Of a stretch of 64,000 nucleotides of DNA, positions 27,249 to 37,964 are shown piece after piece. The first letter of the stretch is position 1; each line of letters begins with the position of its first letter. Under the pieces are notes generated by a model. It worked only from the letters and a program-made list of their open reading frames with translations. It was not told where the DNA came from and ran no database searches. The position numbers and the translations under genes were made by a program. This DNA is from Antedon mediterranea (taxonomy: Eukaryota > Animalia > Echinodermata): positions 766,101 through 830,100 of the forward strand of contig NC_092677.1 in the NCBI RefSeq assembly GCF_964355755.1. The letters run 5' to 3'.

Positions 27249-29492
27249 CATACAGTGCAGAATAGGTGAAAATAAGGGACCCAAGTTATTGACGCTTTTG
27301 GACATGATGACGTCATCACAATTTAAAAAATGGTAGATCATGCGAAAGATAATTGATTGACCTAGACAATATAACAAAATGGGAGGAAATAGAATACGGA
27401 TAAGTGGAGATGCGCTCTATTAAATTTGATGAGCTATGCGAAAGTGACAAAAATCCTATATTTTATATTCGAGTGGCCATACGATGATGTCACAATGTCC
27501 GGTTAGCCATATCGATGCATGATTTGATATCTAAAACTCATCTACTTCGAGAATCTGAAATTTTAAAAATGTTCACCACGGAGTTTAGAATCTATGATTT
27601 TTTAAAGAAAGGCATAATTTTCACGAATTTTTGAACTTTTTCATCAAAAACACGCGCAAATTGTTCAATTCGACGTGCTCGTGTGACGTGATTTTATGTC
27701 GAAATTGATTAAAAATTGATAAATCTACTAGAAAAGGCTGAAAAAACAAAAATCAAGCAAAAAAAGGATGTTTTTGCGCTACGTGCGCACGCGCGCGTAC
27801 AAAATTTGCGCACGCGTGGGAAATTTTGAAATGCTCAAAATGACATGAAACGCGTAGAAAGTTGATTAGAAATGAATTTTGCGCATTTTAAAATTTTGAC
27901 CGCGCGTGCGCGCGTAACTTTATGTAAAACATGCCATTTTTAATCCATAGAAAGTTTGCGCATGATATGACTTAAATTTTCACCAAGTTTCAATACAAAA
28001 TGACTTTTGGTTTTTAATCTATGATCAATCATTGAAATTCATAAAATCGCGCGTAACTTACGCTGCGCAACTCCGAAATCGCCGAAAAGCTTGGCTGCAC
28101 ATCTACAGTTATAGGTCAATCTTATGACAAAGTTATGCAATCTTATGTTAGCAAGAATTAGAGATACGCTGCGAACAAAATTCGGGGAAAGAAAGAAGAA
28201 TAAAGAAGATGAAAACTAGATTTGAACTCGTCACTACGGACGAGTTAGGTTATCCGCAGAGCAAAAGCCACGTGCACGTCACACGTTAGAATATTGCGCG
28301 CAGAAAAACATTATGCCATTGAAAAAATGTTAGTGCGCTGTCTATTTTACGTCACGTCTAAGTACGTATACACGGTATACACTATATATTGTATACGTAC
28401 TACATACAGTCAAGAATATGTGAAAATAAGTGGCCCAAGTTATTGACGCTTTTGGACATGATGAAGTCATCACAATTTTAGAAACGGTATATCATGCGAA
28501 AGATAATTGATTGATCTAGACAATACAAAAAAATGGGGGGAAATGGAATTCGGATAAGTGGAGATGCGCTCTATTAAATGTGATGAGCTATGACGAAAGA
28601 GACAAAAATCCTATATTTTATATTTGGGTGGCCATACGATGACGTCACAATGACCGATTAGCCATATCAATGAATGATTCGAGAAATACAACTCATCTAC
28701 TTCCAGAATATGTAATTTGAAAAAAGTTCACAACGTAGTTTAGAATTTATGACTGTTTAAAAAAAGGTCTAATTTTGACGATTTTTTGAAGTTTTTCATC
28801 AAAAACACGCGCAAATTATCCAATTCTACGTGCTCGTGTGACGTGATTTTAAGTCGAAATTGATTGAAAATTTATAAATTTACTAGAAAAGGCTGAAAAA
28901 ACAAAAATCAAGTAAAAAAAAGATGTTTTTGCGCTACGTGCGCACGCGCACGTAAAAAATTTGCGCACGCGTGGGAATTTTTGAAATGCTCAAAATGACA
29001 TGAAACGCATAGAAAGTTGATTAGAAATTGATTTTTCACATTTTGAAATTTTAAACGCGCGTGCGCGCGTAACTTTCTATGAAATATGCCATTTTTCATC
29101 CATAGAAAGTTTGCGCTTGATATGACTTAAATGTTCACCAAGTGTCATTACAAAATGACTTTTGGTTTTCAGTCTATGTTAAATACGCGAAATTCATAAA
29201 ATCGCGCGTAGCTTACGCTGCGCGACTCTAAAGAAAAAAAACGAGCTGTCCTGCACTTCTACAGATAGAGGTAAATCTTCTGACAAAGTTATACGATGTA
29301 ATGTTGATCAGAATTTGAGATACACGTGACACAAAATTTTGGGAAAGAAAGAAGAATAACATAGAAAAAAAAAAAAAAAAAAAAAAAAAAAAGATCCTGA
29401 CAATAACAAGAGGTTATCCGCCAAGTGCGGATAACCAAAAAAGATATTTACAATAACAAGGGTTATCCGCAACTACTAAGTTGCGGATAACC
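27249..29492 (-). mobile_element. Truncated D body (D0) containing complete D1 (28216-29436), then a second head (29443-29492)
   Basis: D1: CTAG 28216, hairpin AACTCGTC-actacg-GACGAGTT, head GATCCTGACAATAACAAGAGGTTATCCGC-caagt-GCGGATAACC. Outer head GGTTATCCGCAAC-tactaa-GTTGCGGATAACC. Confidence 0.85.
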
Positions 29493-29588
29493 AGACAACA
29501 ATCAGGTGGTGGTTCGAAACGTTTACGAAATAACAAAGGTCGTTTTGTCTAAACTAAGAAGATTGATAACAAAAAAGCACAAGGTAAT

Positions 29589-32500
29589 GTGAATTTAAAG
29601 AATGATTGCGATACTATGAAAGATATAAAGAACATGGGTAATAATGACAATTCTGAAACGAAAACTGACGAGGATTTTAAAATGGAATGTACTGTAGAAA
29701 ACGACAACACAGCGACTGACGATGCGAAAGCACAAAATAATAGCAAAATGAATGACAGAAGTAGAATAATTGATAGTAATGGTACAGATCATAAAAATCA
29801 AACATGTGCAAGTTGTGAATTTGAGGAAAATGAAGTATTGATAATTGATGACGGATGCAAAAAAGCAGTGACTGAAAAAATTAGGTCCCATACTAAACCT
29901 AAATGTGACCAACATAATATCGATGTGGATATTGAAGTTTTAACAACAATTAATTTTTCGGAAGAATTGATAATCGATGATGTACCAAAACAAAAAAATA
30001 CACGAAAAAGGCAGAAAATACAATCAATAAATGAATTACAAGTATATAATAGTAATGAGAATATAACTGTAGCACAGGGTAATTTTAATCAAGGGAATTA
30101 TAGATTTGGCTTTGCAAGTGGTAAACAGTGTGTTGCAAATAGTCTTGTAGCTATTCTTTATTCTACAAAGAGGAATGGAAATGAATTTTACACCAAAGAC
30201 CTTGATACAATATTGACTCTTGGAAACGAGTTGTACCGTTACATTCAGAAAGATTCCACTATGCACGAGGACCTTTTAATGATTTCTGAACTGCCGAAAG
30301 AATTGGATATCTTGGATAACACATTTGTAATATCTCCCAAAGAATCAGTTTTTGGCATAATAGATGGGAATCTCGAATTTATGGCTGAATATGGAGCCTT
30401 GTCATTAAACCAAGCTCTTGAACAAGAATTACATCAACATGATGCATTTTTTATGAATTTCAACAGAAGCACATTTTCTATTATCAAACGTGTAAATGGA
30501 TTTCTTATATTTGATCCACATGCAAGAGATCGATTTGGTTGTGTTAGTGAACATGGAAAGAGTATTTTAATTTACAATCCATCTTGGCAAGGTGTGTACG
30601 ATTATTGTATAAGATTAGCAAGGTCAATGAACTGTAATTTACATGAAACCGAGTTTGAACTGACTGGTGTAAATATTGAAAATAAGTCTATGATGTTATG
30701 TTCCGCTTCTGTGCTCGATGATAATTGTGAACAAAGAAACTTGGGAAACGTCGACGTTGATGAACCTAGTACGTCTTATCAGTATAAATGTAGTACAAGA
30801 TTACCAGACAAGAATATTGATTCTAACGTTAAAGGCAAAAAACATAATAAAGAAGGTCATGTCTCATCAAGTAATGGATGGCAAAGTGATAGTGATATTG
30901 AAATTGTTAATGTTCAGTATGCAGAAAGACCTGACGAGAATTTTAAATTTATTCCTACCTCAGAAGCACAAAAGAAAAACATGTGTAATAAATTAGGCAT
31001 TCATTGTGAACATACCGATATGAATTGTGGTATTAACAGAGCTAGTCAGATTGGACATCCTCTTCAAATTACAAATATTACAGGTGATGGTAATTGTTTT
31101 TATCGTGCAATTTCATACATTATTTCTGGTACTGAAGATAATCATTTACTTTTAAGAAGAGCAATTACTAATCATTTATTGGAAACTGATGACTTATTTA
31201 TTAATACATTTAGTCACGAATATAGATCAGTTAAGGAATATGTGTTTAAAAAAAGAGAAATGGATAATGGAACGTGGGCATCCAATACTGAAATAAGTGC
31301 AATGGCAAACTTGCTTAATACAGATATTTATTCATTTAATGATCAACTTTTGACGTGGCAATTGTTTTCTGCTAAAAAGCCGGGAAGAATAGATGATGTT
31401 ACAACTGACAATGGTATATATATTTTGTACACCATGAATGTGCATTTTAATGTAGTGGAATCTGTCAATGTTAGTCAAAATAATGTTCAGGAAACCACAG
31501 GAAAAGTTGATATGAACGTGACATCCCACAATAAACTGTCAAATACAGAGGCGAATTTTTCTGTAAAGAATTCTACAACAAAGAAACGAAAGCAAACGCG
31601 AAATGAAACTTGTGACACATTTGAAGATATAGAACCAAAACACAAACAGAGTAAAACTGTTGAAAGACCTTGTTCAGAAAGCAGAGTAAAAATATTGAGC
31701 AGAAAACGAAAACAATCTTATAGAATTAGAAAAGAAAGTGCTAAGAATCGACAGAGAATTAAACGGGAAAGAGAAGAAAAAAATAATTCAGAAGAAACAA
31801 ATGAAATCGGAAACAAATATCAAAGTGATCCTGTATACAGAGAAAAAAAGAAACTTAAAGTAAAAGAGGCACAAAAAATGAAATATTGTGATGATGATGA
31901 TTATAAATTCCAAAAAAGTAAAGATAACAGAAAAAGACAATACAAAATGTATAGATGTGATCCTGAATATAATGTTAAGGTACGAAATAAAGCTAGACAT
32001 AACTACAACATTAATTTGCATTACCGAACAACCAAAAAAGCCACCAATTTGTTAAATTATAAATTTAATGAAAAGTATAGGCAAAATTTGAAAGAAACAA
32101 AGAAAAATAGATACAACAATGATACAATATTTAGACATAAAACTAGACAAAACAATAATCAAAGAAATAAAGAAAAGTATCACAATGATCTAACATTTCA
32201 ACAAAACTTGAAGCAAAAATTAGCAGAGAAGTATTGTAATAATTCCAAATTCAGAGAAAATGTTACCCAAAAATTGGCAGAGAAGTATCGAAGTAATTTG
32301 AAATTTCGTCAAAACTGTAAGCAGAAATTGGCAGATAAGTATCGGAATAATTTAAAATTTCGACAAAACTGCAAGCAGAAATTGGCAGAGAAGTATCGGA
32401 ATAATTTGAAATTTCGACAAAACTGTAAGCAGAAATTGGCAGAGAAGTATCGGAGTAATTTTAAATTTAGACAAAACTGTAAGCAGAAATTGGTAGAAAA

Positions 32501-34532
32501 GTATCGGAGTAATTTGAAATTTAGACAAAACTGTAAAGACAAATTGGCAGAGAAGTATCGGAGTAATTTGAAATTTAGACAAAACTGTAAACAAAAATTG
32601 GCTGAGAAATATCGAGGTAATTTAAAATTTCGTCAAAGGTGTAAGCAAAGATTTACAGAAAAGTATCATGGTGATGAAGGGTTCCGAAACAAAATCATGA
32701 ATAAAAATATGAAGAATCGGAAAAAAATCAAAACAGAAAACACTAATTTTGAGATTGTTTTAGAAAACTTTAGGAGAACAGTTTCTCGTGGTCCTGAATA
32801 TGTTTGTTGTGTATGCTTTAAATTGTTATTCAAAGATCAAGTTATGAAGTGCATCAAAGCTAAATACAAAAATAAGGCTTGTATAAATGAAAAGTATTTG
32901 CATCTTTGCAATAATGAATGTAATAAACCTTGTCAATTTGTCGAATCACCAAGATGTCGTTTATGGATTTGTTTCACATGCCACAGGAAAATGTTAAACG
33001 GGAAAGTTCCTGCAGAAGCCAATTCAAACAATTTACAACTACATGATATTCCTCCTGAGCTCAGGTGTTTAAATAATTTAGAGCAGCATTTGATTGGATT
33101 AAACATTCCTTTTATGAAATTAATGAATTTACCTAAAGGTGGACAGCATGGAATACATGGACCTGTTGTATGTGTACCTTCAAATACTATTGAAACTGTT
33201 AAAATGCTGCCTAGACCACAGGTTGATGATCAATTAATATCCGTAAAATTGAAGCGAAAGTTGTCTTACAAAGGTTATTACAAATATAAATTTGTTAACA
33301 CTGCCAATGTTATTCAAGCTCTTAAATATTTACAAGATCATAACAAGTGCTATTTTGATATAGCTATTAATGAAGAATGGCACAATTATTTATCTGAAGA
33401 TTACATCGAAAGTGAAACTACTAATAAAGATGAAAACAATGAAGAAGAAGAAAAAGAAGAAGAAGTAGAAGATCGATTATGTGGTGTTACCTTTGATACA
33501 AGTCTTCAACCTGTTGACAGGCGACAGAATTTGGTTGATGAATATTTTAATGACATAATTTGTTGTGCACCATGTGAAAATAATAGTCCTATTGCATTGT
33601 TAAGTAATAAAAGCAATGAAGCAAAATCATTTCCAGTGTTATTTCCAACAGGACAACCAACATTCCATGATACGAGAGATGTTAAAATAACACTTGGACG
33701 ATATTTTCACAATAGATTAATGCATATAGATAACAGGTTTGCACAAAATACAGAATTCATATTTTATGCTCAATCTTTATATGAACTTCAACAAATTTTA
33801 TCAAGTATTTCCATTGCATTGCGAAAAGTGTCAAGTAAAAAAGATGATTTTAGCAAAGTTACTGTATCCGATTTAAAAAATGTTACCAAAATTCAGGAGA
33901 TTTTAAAATCTGATAGGGGTTATAAATTTCTAAAACAAATTCTTGGAACTCCACCGTACTGGCAAGCTACACAAAAAGATATAATAGCAATGGTTAGACA
34001 GATTGGAAAACCAACATTCTTTCTTTCATTCTCAAGTGCTGATTTCCGTTGGAAAGAAATAATGACGACATTGCTTAGTCAGTCTGGAGACCAAAGAAAC
34101 ATTGAAGAATTAGAATGGGCAGATAAATGTAATTTGTTGAAATCAAATCCAGTGACTGTTGCCAGAATGTTTGATAAACGCTTTCATACTTTTTTGAAAA
34201 ATGTAATTTTGTCTGAAGCACAGCCTATTGGTAAAGTCGTAGATTATTTTTACCGAATTGAATTTCAAATGAGAGGAAGTCCACATGTTCATATGTTAGT
34301 ATGGGTTGAAAATGCTCCTGTTTTTGGTACAGATAAAGATAACGAAGTTATTAATTTTGTCGATAAATATATTTCTTGTGCTGTGCCATGTGAAACTGTA
34401 GATCCTGAACTGAATGAAATTGTTAAAAGTGTGCAAATTCACAGTAAAAGACATTCTAAATCATGTAAAAAAAGGGAACAAATTGCAGATTTAACTTTCC
34501 CAGACAACCTTCTGGAAATACATTTGTTATGA
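29589..34532 (+). CDS. Helentron RepHel polyprotein, N-terminal part (herpes-tegument-like Cys protease/DUB, OTU, 18-aa repeats, Zn finger, HUH Rep motifs 1-2)
   Basis: QGNFNQG..GKQCVANSL..FDPHAR (~30075-30680); ITGDGNCFYRAIS..GTWAS..HFNVV (~31075-31460); CCVC..CFTCH (~32805-32985); GTPPYW, PTFFLSFS, NPVTVARMF, YRIEFQMRGSPHVHMLVW (~34250-34305). Track start is GTG; first ATG is at 29616. The true frame continues into the next ORF via a frameshift at 34467-34473. Confidence 0.93.
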   Translation: MNLKNDCDTMKDIKNMGNNDNSETKTDEDFKMECTVENDNTATDDAKAQNNSKMNDRSRIIDSNGTDHKNQTCASCEFEENEVLIIDDGCKKAVTEKIRSHTKPKCDQHNIDVDIEVLTTINFSEELIIDDVPKQKNTRKRQKIQSINELQVYNSNENITVAQGNFNQGNYRFGFASGKQCVANSLVAILYSTKRNGNEFYTKDLDTILTLGNELYRYIQKDSTMHEDLLMISELPKELDILDNTFVISPKESVFGIIDGNLEFMAEYGALSLNQALEQELHQHDAFFMNFNRSTFSIIKRVNGFLIFDPHARDRFGCVSEHGKSILIYNPSWQGVYDYCIRLARSMNCNLHETEFELTGVNIENKSMMLCSASVLDDNCEQRNLGNVDVDEPSTSYQYKCSTRLPDKNIDSNVKGKKHNKEGHVSSSNGWQSDSDIEIVNVQYAERPDENFKFIPTSEAQKKNMCNKLGIHCEHTDMNCGINRASQIGHPLQITNITGDGNCFYRAISYIISGTEDNHLLLRRAITNHLLETDDLFINTFSHEYRSVKEYVFKKREMDNGTWASNTEISAMANLLNTDIYSFNDQLLTWQLFSAKKPGRIDDVTTDNGIYILYTMNVHFNVVESVNVSQNNVQETTGKVDMNVTSHNKLSNTEANFSVKNSTTKKRKQTRNETCDTFEDIEPKHKQSKTVERPCSESRVKILSRKRKQSYRIRKESAKNRQRIKREREEKNNSEETNEIGNKYQSDPVYREKKKLKVKEAQKMKYCDDDDYKFQKSKDNRKRQYKMYRCDPEYNVKVRNKARHNYNINLHYRTTKKATNLLNYKFNEKYRQNLKETKKNRYNNDTIFRHKTRQNNNQRNKEKYHNDLTFQQNLKQKLAEKYCNNSKFRENVTQKLAEKYRSNLKFRQNCKQKLADKYRNNLKFRQNCKQKLAEKYRNNLKFRQNCKQKLAEKYRSNFKFRQNCKQKLVEKYRSNLKFRQNCKDKLAEKYRSNLKFRQNCKQKLAEKYRGNLKFRQRCKQRFTEKYHGDEGFRNKIMNKNMKNRKKIKTENTNFEIVLENFRRTVSRGPEYVCCVCFKLLFKDQVMKCIKAKYKNKACINEKYLHLCNNECNKPCQFVESPRCRLWICFTCHRKMLNGKVPAEANSNNLQLHDIPPELRCLNNLEQHLIGLNIPFMKLMNLPKGGQHGIHGPVVCVPSNTIETVKMLPRPQVDDQLISVKLKRKLSYKGYYKYKFVNTANVIQALKYLQDHNKCYFDIAINEEWHNYLSEDYIESETTNKDENNEEEEKEEEVEDRLCGVTFDTSLQPVDRRQNLVDEYFNDIICCAPCENNSPIALLSNKSNEAKSFPVLFPTGQPTFHDTRDVKITLGRYFHNRLMHIDNRFAQNTEFIFYAQSLYELQQILSSISIALRKVSSKKDDFSKVTVSDLKNVTKIQEILKSDRGYKFLKQILGTPPYWQATQKDIIAMVRQIGKPTFFLSFSSADFRWKEIMTTLLSQSGDQRNIEELEWADKCNLLKSNPVTVARMFDKRFHTFLKNVILSEAQPIGKVVDYFYRIEFQMRGSPHVHMLVWVENAPVFGTDKDNEVINFVDKYISCAVPCETVDPELNEIVKSVQIHSKRHSKSCKKREQIADLTFPDNLLEIHLL
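32200..32670 (+). repeat. Coding tandem repeat (QKLAEKYRSNLKFRQNCK-type, ~8 copies)
   Basis: Repeating AAATTGGCAGAGAAGTATCGGAGTAATTTGAAATTT..CAAAACTGTAAGCAG, translated as in-frame 18-aa basic repeats. Confidence 0.93.
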
Positions 34533-37500
34533 GACCTACAATTGTGGATAAAGACAATGATGATAATGATGACAATAAACAAGCAACGGAGCTGTTAACC
34601 TCAGTAAAAGATGCTGTGACTAATGAAGAAACATATAAAAATGCAATAGAACTTTTCCAAAGTTTAGGTATTACACAGAGTGCATTTGAGAAAGCAAATA
34701 ATTGTGTAGCTACTGAGGAAAAAATTGTTATAAAGAGAAACCCTCAAGATGTGTGGGTAAATCAATATAATCCTTCCTTATTGAGAGCATGGAATGCTAA
34801 TATGGATATTCAATATATTACAAATGTATATGCCTGTATAATTTACATTATAGGATATATGTCAAAATCTGAACGTGAAATGGGTTTACTGTTAAATCAT
34901 GCAGCATCAGAAGTAAAAGAAGGCAATGAAGATGCTAGGCAATCTTTGAGAAAACTTGGTAATGTTTATATGAATAATCGAGAAGTGTCTGCACAAGAAA
35001 GTATTTATCGTGTTTGCAGTTTAAGATTAAAAGAATGTTCAAGGAAAGTTGAATTTATCCCAGTAGGACCTAATCCTGTCAGAATGAGTTTACCACTAAG
35101 TGTAATTAAAAACAAAGAAGATGATGATGTAAGTGCATGGTTGCCAAATAAGATCGACAAATATAAAGCTCGACTTAATAGTTTTGAATTTAATAAAATG
35201 TGCCTTGCAAAATTTTGTTCGGAATATAGAATATTGAGTTCATCAGAAATGAAAGGAAACAAACAAAAAAAGAATGTATTTAAGTTAAAAAAACAGTTGG
35301 GATTCATCCAAAAAAGAACACGAACTAGTAATGCTATAGTAAGATACCCTCGATTTCCAATGGATACAGCACCTGAGAAATATTTTTTGAGTATACTTCA
35401 GTTATTTCTACCATTTCGAAAAGATGAACAGTTAAAACCTCCAAATTTTGAAACGTACGAACAATTTCATGAGGAAGGATGTGTGAAATTATGTGACTGT
35501 CAATTACAAACGGTAAAGTCAATAGTTCATGGAAACATGGAACAATATGAAAAAAGTGCTGATGATGTTGAAGAAGCACAGGAATGTTTATCAAAATTTG
35601 GACCACAAGAAGATGCATGGAGCCTATTATGTCCAGAAAGTGAAAAAGAAAGGTTAGACAACCCAAAGCCTAATGTAGAGGTTGATGATGAAGAAGATGA
35701 ATTTTTCATTCCAGATTTTGGAATTCAAAAAAATCATACATCTAAAGTAGAGTCTAATTCATCTAATATTCCAAGACCAGAATTGAACAAAATGATTCGA
35801 TCTTTAAATGAAAAACAACAACATATATTTTATAAGACAAGACAATGGTGTTTAGACAAAGCTAATGGTAAAAAACCTGAAACATTTTACACTTTCATAA
35901 CTGGTGGCGCTGGTACAGGAAAAAGTCATTTGGTAAACTGTATTTATAATGAAGCGACACGTATTCTTGGAAAAATTATGGAAAATCCCGATGATTTGTC
36001 AATATTGAAATTAGCTCCTACAGGAATCGCAGCATATAATATTAAAGGCCAAACAATTCATAGCGCTTTGTCTATCCCGATTAATATTTCACTTCCGTAT
36101 CAACCACTTGGAGAAGAAAAAATAAGTGCACTTCGTAATCAGTTGCGTCAGTTGCAAATTGTTATTATAGATGAAATATCAATGGTAAATCAAAGGTTAT
36201 TTTGGTATATCCACGGACGATTAAGGCAAATAAAACAAGTACGCAACGATAGTCCATTTGGTAACATTTCAGTAATTGCTGTTGGTGATTTTTATCAGTT
36301 ACCCCCAGTGATGGGCAGTTCGTTATATAAAGACACATTGGAAAGCTCACTGTGGTTAGATAACTTTAAGCAAGTACAGTTAGACCAAATCATGAGACAA
36401 AAAGAAGATAAAGAATTTGCTTTATTGTTAAACAAATTGCGTACAAAAAAAAAACATGATTGTTTGTCTGATAACGATCTTTTTGTTTTAAAATCATGTG
36501 AAACAGGTGAAGAATGTGAAGATGCTGTTCATATTTACCCACGCAATAAACAAGTTGATGAATGGAATAAAAAAATGTTGCACAAAATCTGTACAGATAT
36601 TGTATGCATTGAAGCAGAAGATAGTGTAGTAAACGCCAAGAAACAGAGCAAAATCTGTGACAAACCTCGGAATTCACGTCAAACTAGTTTACTAAATTAT
36701 TTGTGGATTGCACTTAATGCCAGAGTGATGTTGATTAAAAATGTAGATGTTAAAAAAGGCTTAACGAATGGATGTATGGGACATGTTTATGAAATAGTTA
36801 AACCCAATAATAACACCAAACCAGTATCTATTAAAGTAAAGTTTGATAATAATAGCATCGGTGTTCAGGCAATTGAAATGTTTAAAGAATCTATGGGGAA
36901 TAAATATAGTCGAAAACAATTTCCTCTCAAATTAGCATATGCATGCACAGTTCATAAAGTCCAAGGATTGACAATGAATAAAGCAGTAGTTTGCCTTAAC
37001 AGTACCTTTGCACCTGGACAAGCATACGTAGCCCTCAGTCGTGTTACTTCAATATCTGGACTTACTATTGAACATCTTAATCCTAATCTGATTTATTGTG
37101 ATCCAATCATAAAGAAATGCTTAAATAATATGGATTCATATGTACAATGTGAAAAAGAAGGTCATGATTCGGATTCTAAATTTTCAATAATGTTACATAA
37201 CATTCAAGGACTTAAACAGCATTTTGCTGATCTTCAGTGCAATGATTTGTTTATGAATTCTAGTATCATATGTCTGACTGAAACGTGGTTGAATAAAGAT
37301 GACGATGTTTTTGAAGTAAATATTGAGCCGTATAAATTGTATCACCAAACAAGGTATGATTCGTATTCTAATAGAAATGATCTGAGTTCTAAAATGAAAA
37401 ATCAGGCTCATGGCGGCGTTGCAGTGTATACCAAAAACAAGTTTTCAAGCAGATTAAACATACCTAATTATGATATAGAAGTAGTTTCATTTTTAATAAC

Positions 37501-37834
37501 AAGTCCAATTTCAGTTTCCGTGTCAGTAATTTATCGACCCCCAAGCTATGATATTAATCAATTCTGTCAAAATTTTAGAAACTATTTGGAAGAGTTACAA
37601 AAAGTGAGTACAAAATGTATTGTAATGGGTGATTTTAACGAAAATCTTTTCAAACAATCTTCCAGAGTGAATAAATTAATGTCAGAGAATGAATACCGAC
37701 AACATGTTACATGTTCCACCACTGAAAACAATACATTGATTGATCATGTTTATAGCAAAGGTCTTGATTCAGTACAGGCTGAAGTAATTCCAATTTATTA
37801 TAGCTATCATGAAGCCATTCAAATTAAATTTTAA
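34529..37834 (+). CDS. Helentron RepHel polyprotein, C-terminal part (Rep motif 3, PIF1-family helicase, AP-like endonuclease)
   Basis: NMDIQY..YIIGYMSK (Y2 catalytic tyrosines), REVSAQE; helicase GGAGTGKS, LAPTGIAA, DEISM, GDFYQLPPV, QIMRQ, AYACTVHKVQGLT, QAYVALSRV; endonuclease HNIQGL, LTETW, YRPP, GDFN, LIDHVY, YSYH. Confidence 0.95.
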   Translation: MRPTIVDKDNDDNDDNKQATELLTSVKDAVTNEETYKNAIELFQSLGITQSAFEKANNCVATEEKIVIKRNPQDVWVNQYNPSLLRAWNANMDIQYITNVYACIIYIIGYMSKSEREMGLLLNHAASEVKEGNEDARQSLRKLGNVYMNNREVSAQESIYRVCSLRLKECSRKVEFIPVGPNPVRMSLPLSVIKNKEDDDVSAWLPNKIDKYKARLNSFEFNKMCLAKFCSEYRILSSSEMKGNKQKKNVFKLKKQLGFIQKRTRTSNAIVRYPRFPMDTAPEKYFLSILQLFLPFRKDEQLKPPNFETYEQFHEEGCVKLCDCQLQTVKSIVHGNMEQYEKSADDVEEAQECLSKFGPQEDAWSLLCPESEKERLDNPKPNVEVDDEEDEFFIPDFGIQKNHTSKVESNSSNIPRPELNKMIRSLNEKQQHIFYKTRQWCLDKANGKKPETFYTFITGGAGTGKSHLVNCIYNEATRILGKIMENPDDLSILKLAPTGIAAYNIKGQTIHSALSIPINISLPYQPLGEEKISALRNQLRQLQIVIIDEISMVNQRLFWYIHGRLRQIKQVRNDSPFGNISVIAVGDFYQLPPVMGSSLYKDTLESSLWLDNFKQVQLDQIMRQKEDKEFALLLNKLRTKKKHDCLSDNDLFVLKSCETGEECEDAVHIYPRNKQVDEWNKKMLHKICTDIVCIEAEDSVVNAKKQSKICDKPRNSRQTSLLNYLWIALNARVMLIKNVDVKKGLTNGCMGHVYEIVKPNNNTKPVSIKVKFDNNSIGVQAIEMFKESMGNKYSRKQFPLKLAYACTVHKVQGLTMNKAVVCLNSTFAPGQAYVALSRVTSISGLTIEHLNPNLIYCDPIIKKCLNNMDSYVQCEKEGHDSDSKFSIMLHNIQGLKQHFADLQCNDLFMNSSIICLTETWLNKDDDVFEVNIEPYKLYHQTRYDSYSNRNDLSSKMKNQAHGGVAVYTKNKFSSRLNIPNYDIEVVSFLITSPISVSVSVIYRPPSYDINQFCQNFRNYLEELQKVSTKCIVMGDFNENLFKQSSRVNKLMSENEYRQHVTCSTTENNTLIDHVYSKGLDSVQAEVIPIYYSYHEAIQIKF

Positions 37835-37964
37835 TTGCAGCAATACCTTTTAAGTATTTGAATTATATTTCTGTAAAAACTTTTTAGGAATTGAAAAAAG
37901 AACTGGATACAAATAAAAAAAAACAAAAAACAATTTGATAAAAACAAGCTGAAAATCATTATGA

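Larger units (their letters stand above)
1480..29492 (-). mobile_element. Left nest of non-autonomous Helentrons (HINE-like): 11 A, 4 B, 2 C, 2 D bodies plus their 5' heads
   Basis: Each intact body starts on + with aa|CTAG, a short spacer, a hairpin (e.g. AATTCGTCActaTGACGAATT) and a subTIR. This is the minus-strand 3' end subTIR-hairpin-CTAG|TT. CTAG starts: A 1480, 2896, 4385, 5806, 8854, 10264, 11675, 13091, 14698, 24210, 25629; B 7223, 19533, 21095, 22642; C 16108, 17777; D 28216 (plus a truncated D from ~27249). Confidence 0.88.

Noticed and set aside
34461-34480. Programmed -1 ribosomal frameshift
   Set aside because: In-frame codons TGT AAA AAA AGG do not form an X_XXY_YYZ slippery site, and RepHel is normally one ORF; an indel or sequencing error is simpler.
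29549-37411. Antisense and alternate-frame ORFs overlapping RepHel
   Set aside because: Shadow ORFs of a long coding region and its repeat; no independent motifs.
37795-37815. Endonuclease inactivation because the usual SDH motif reads SYH
   Set aside because: The other catalytic motifs are intact and this could be a family-level variant; it cannot be called a defect without an alignment.
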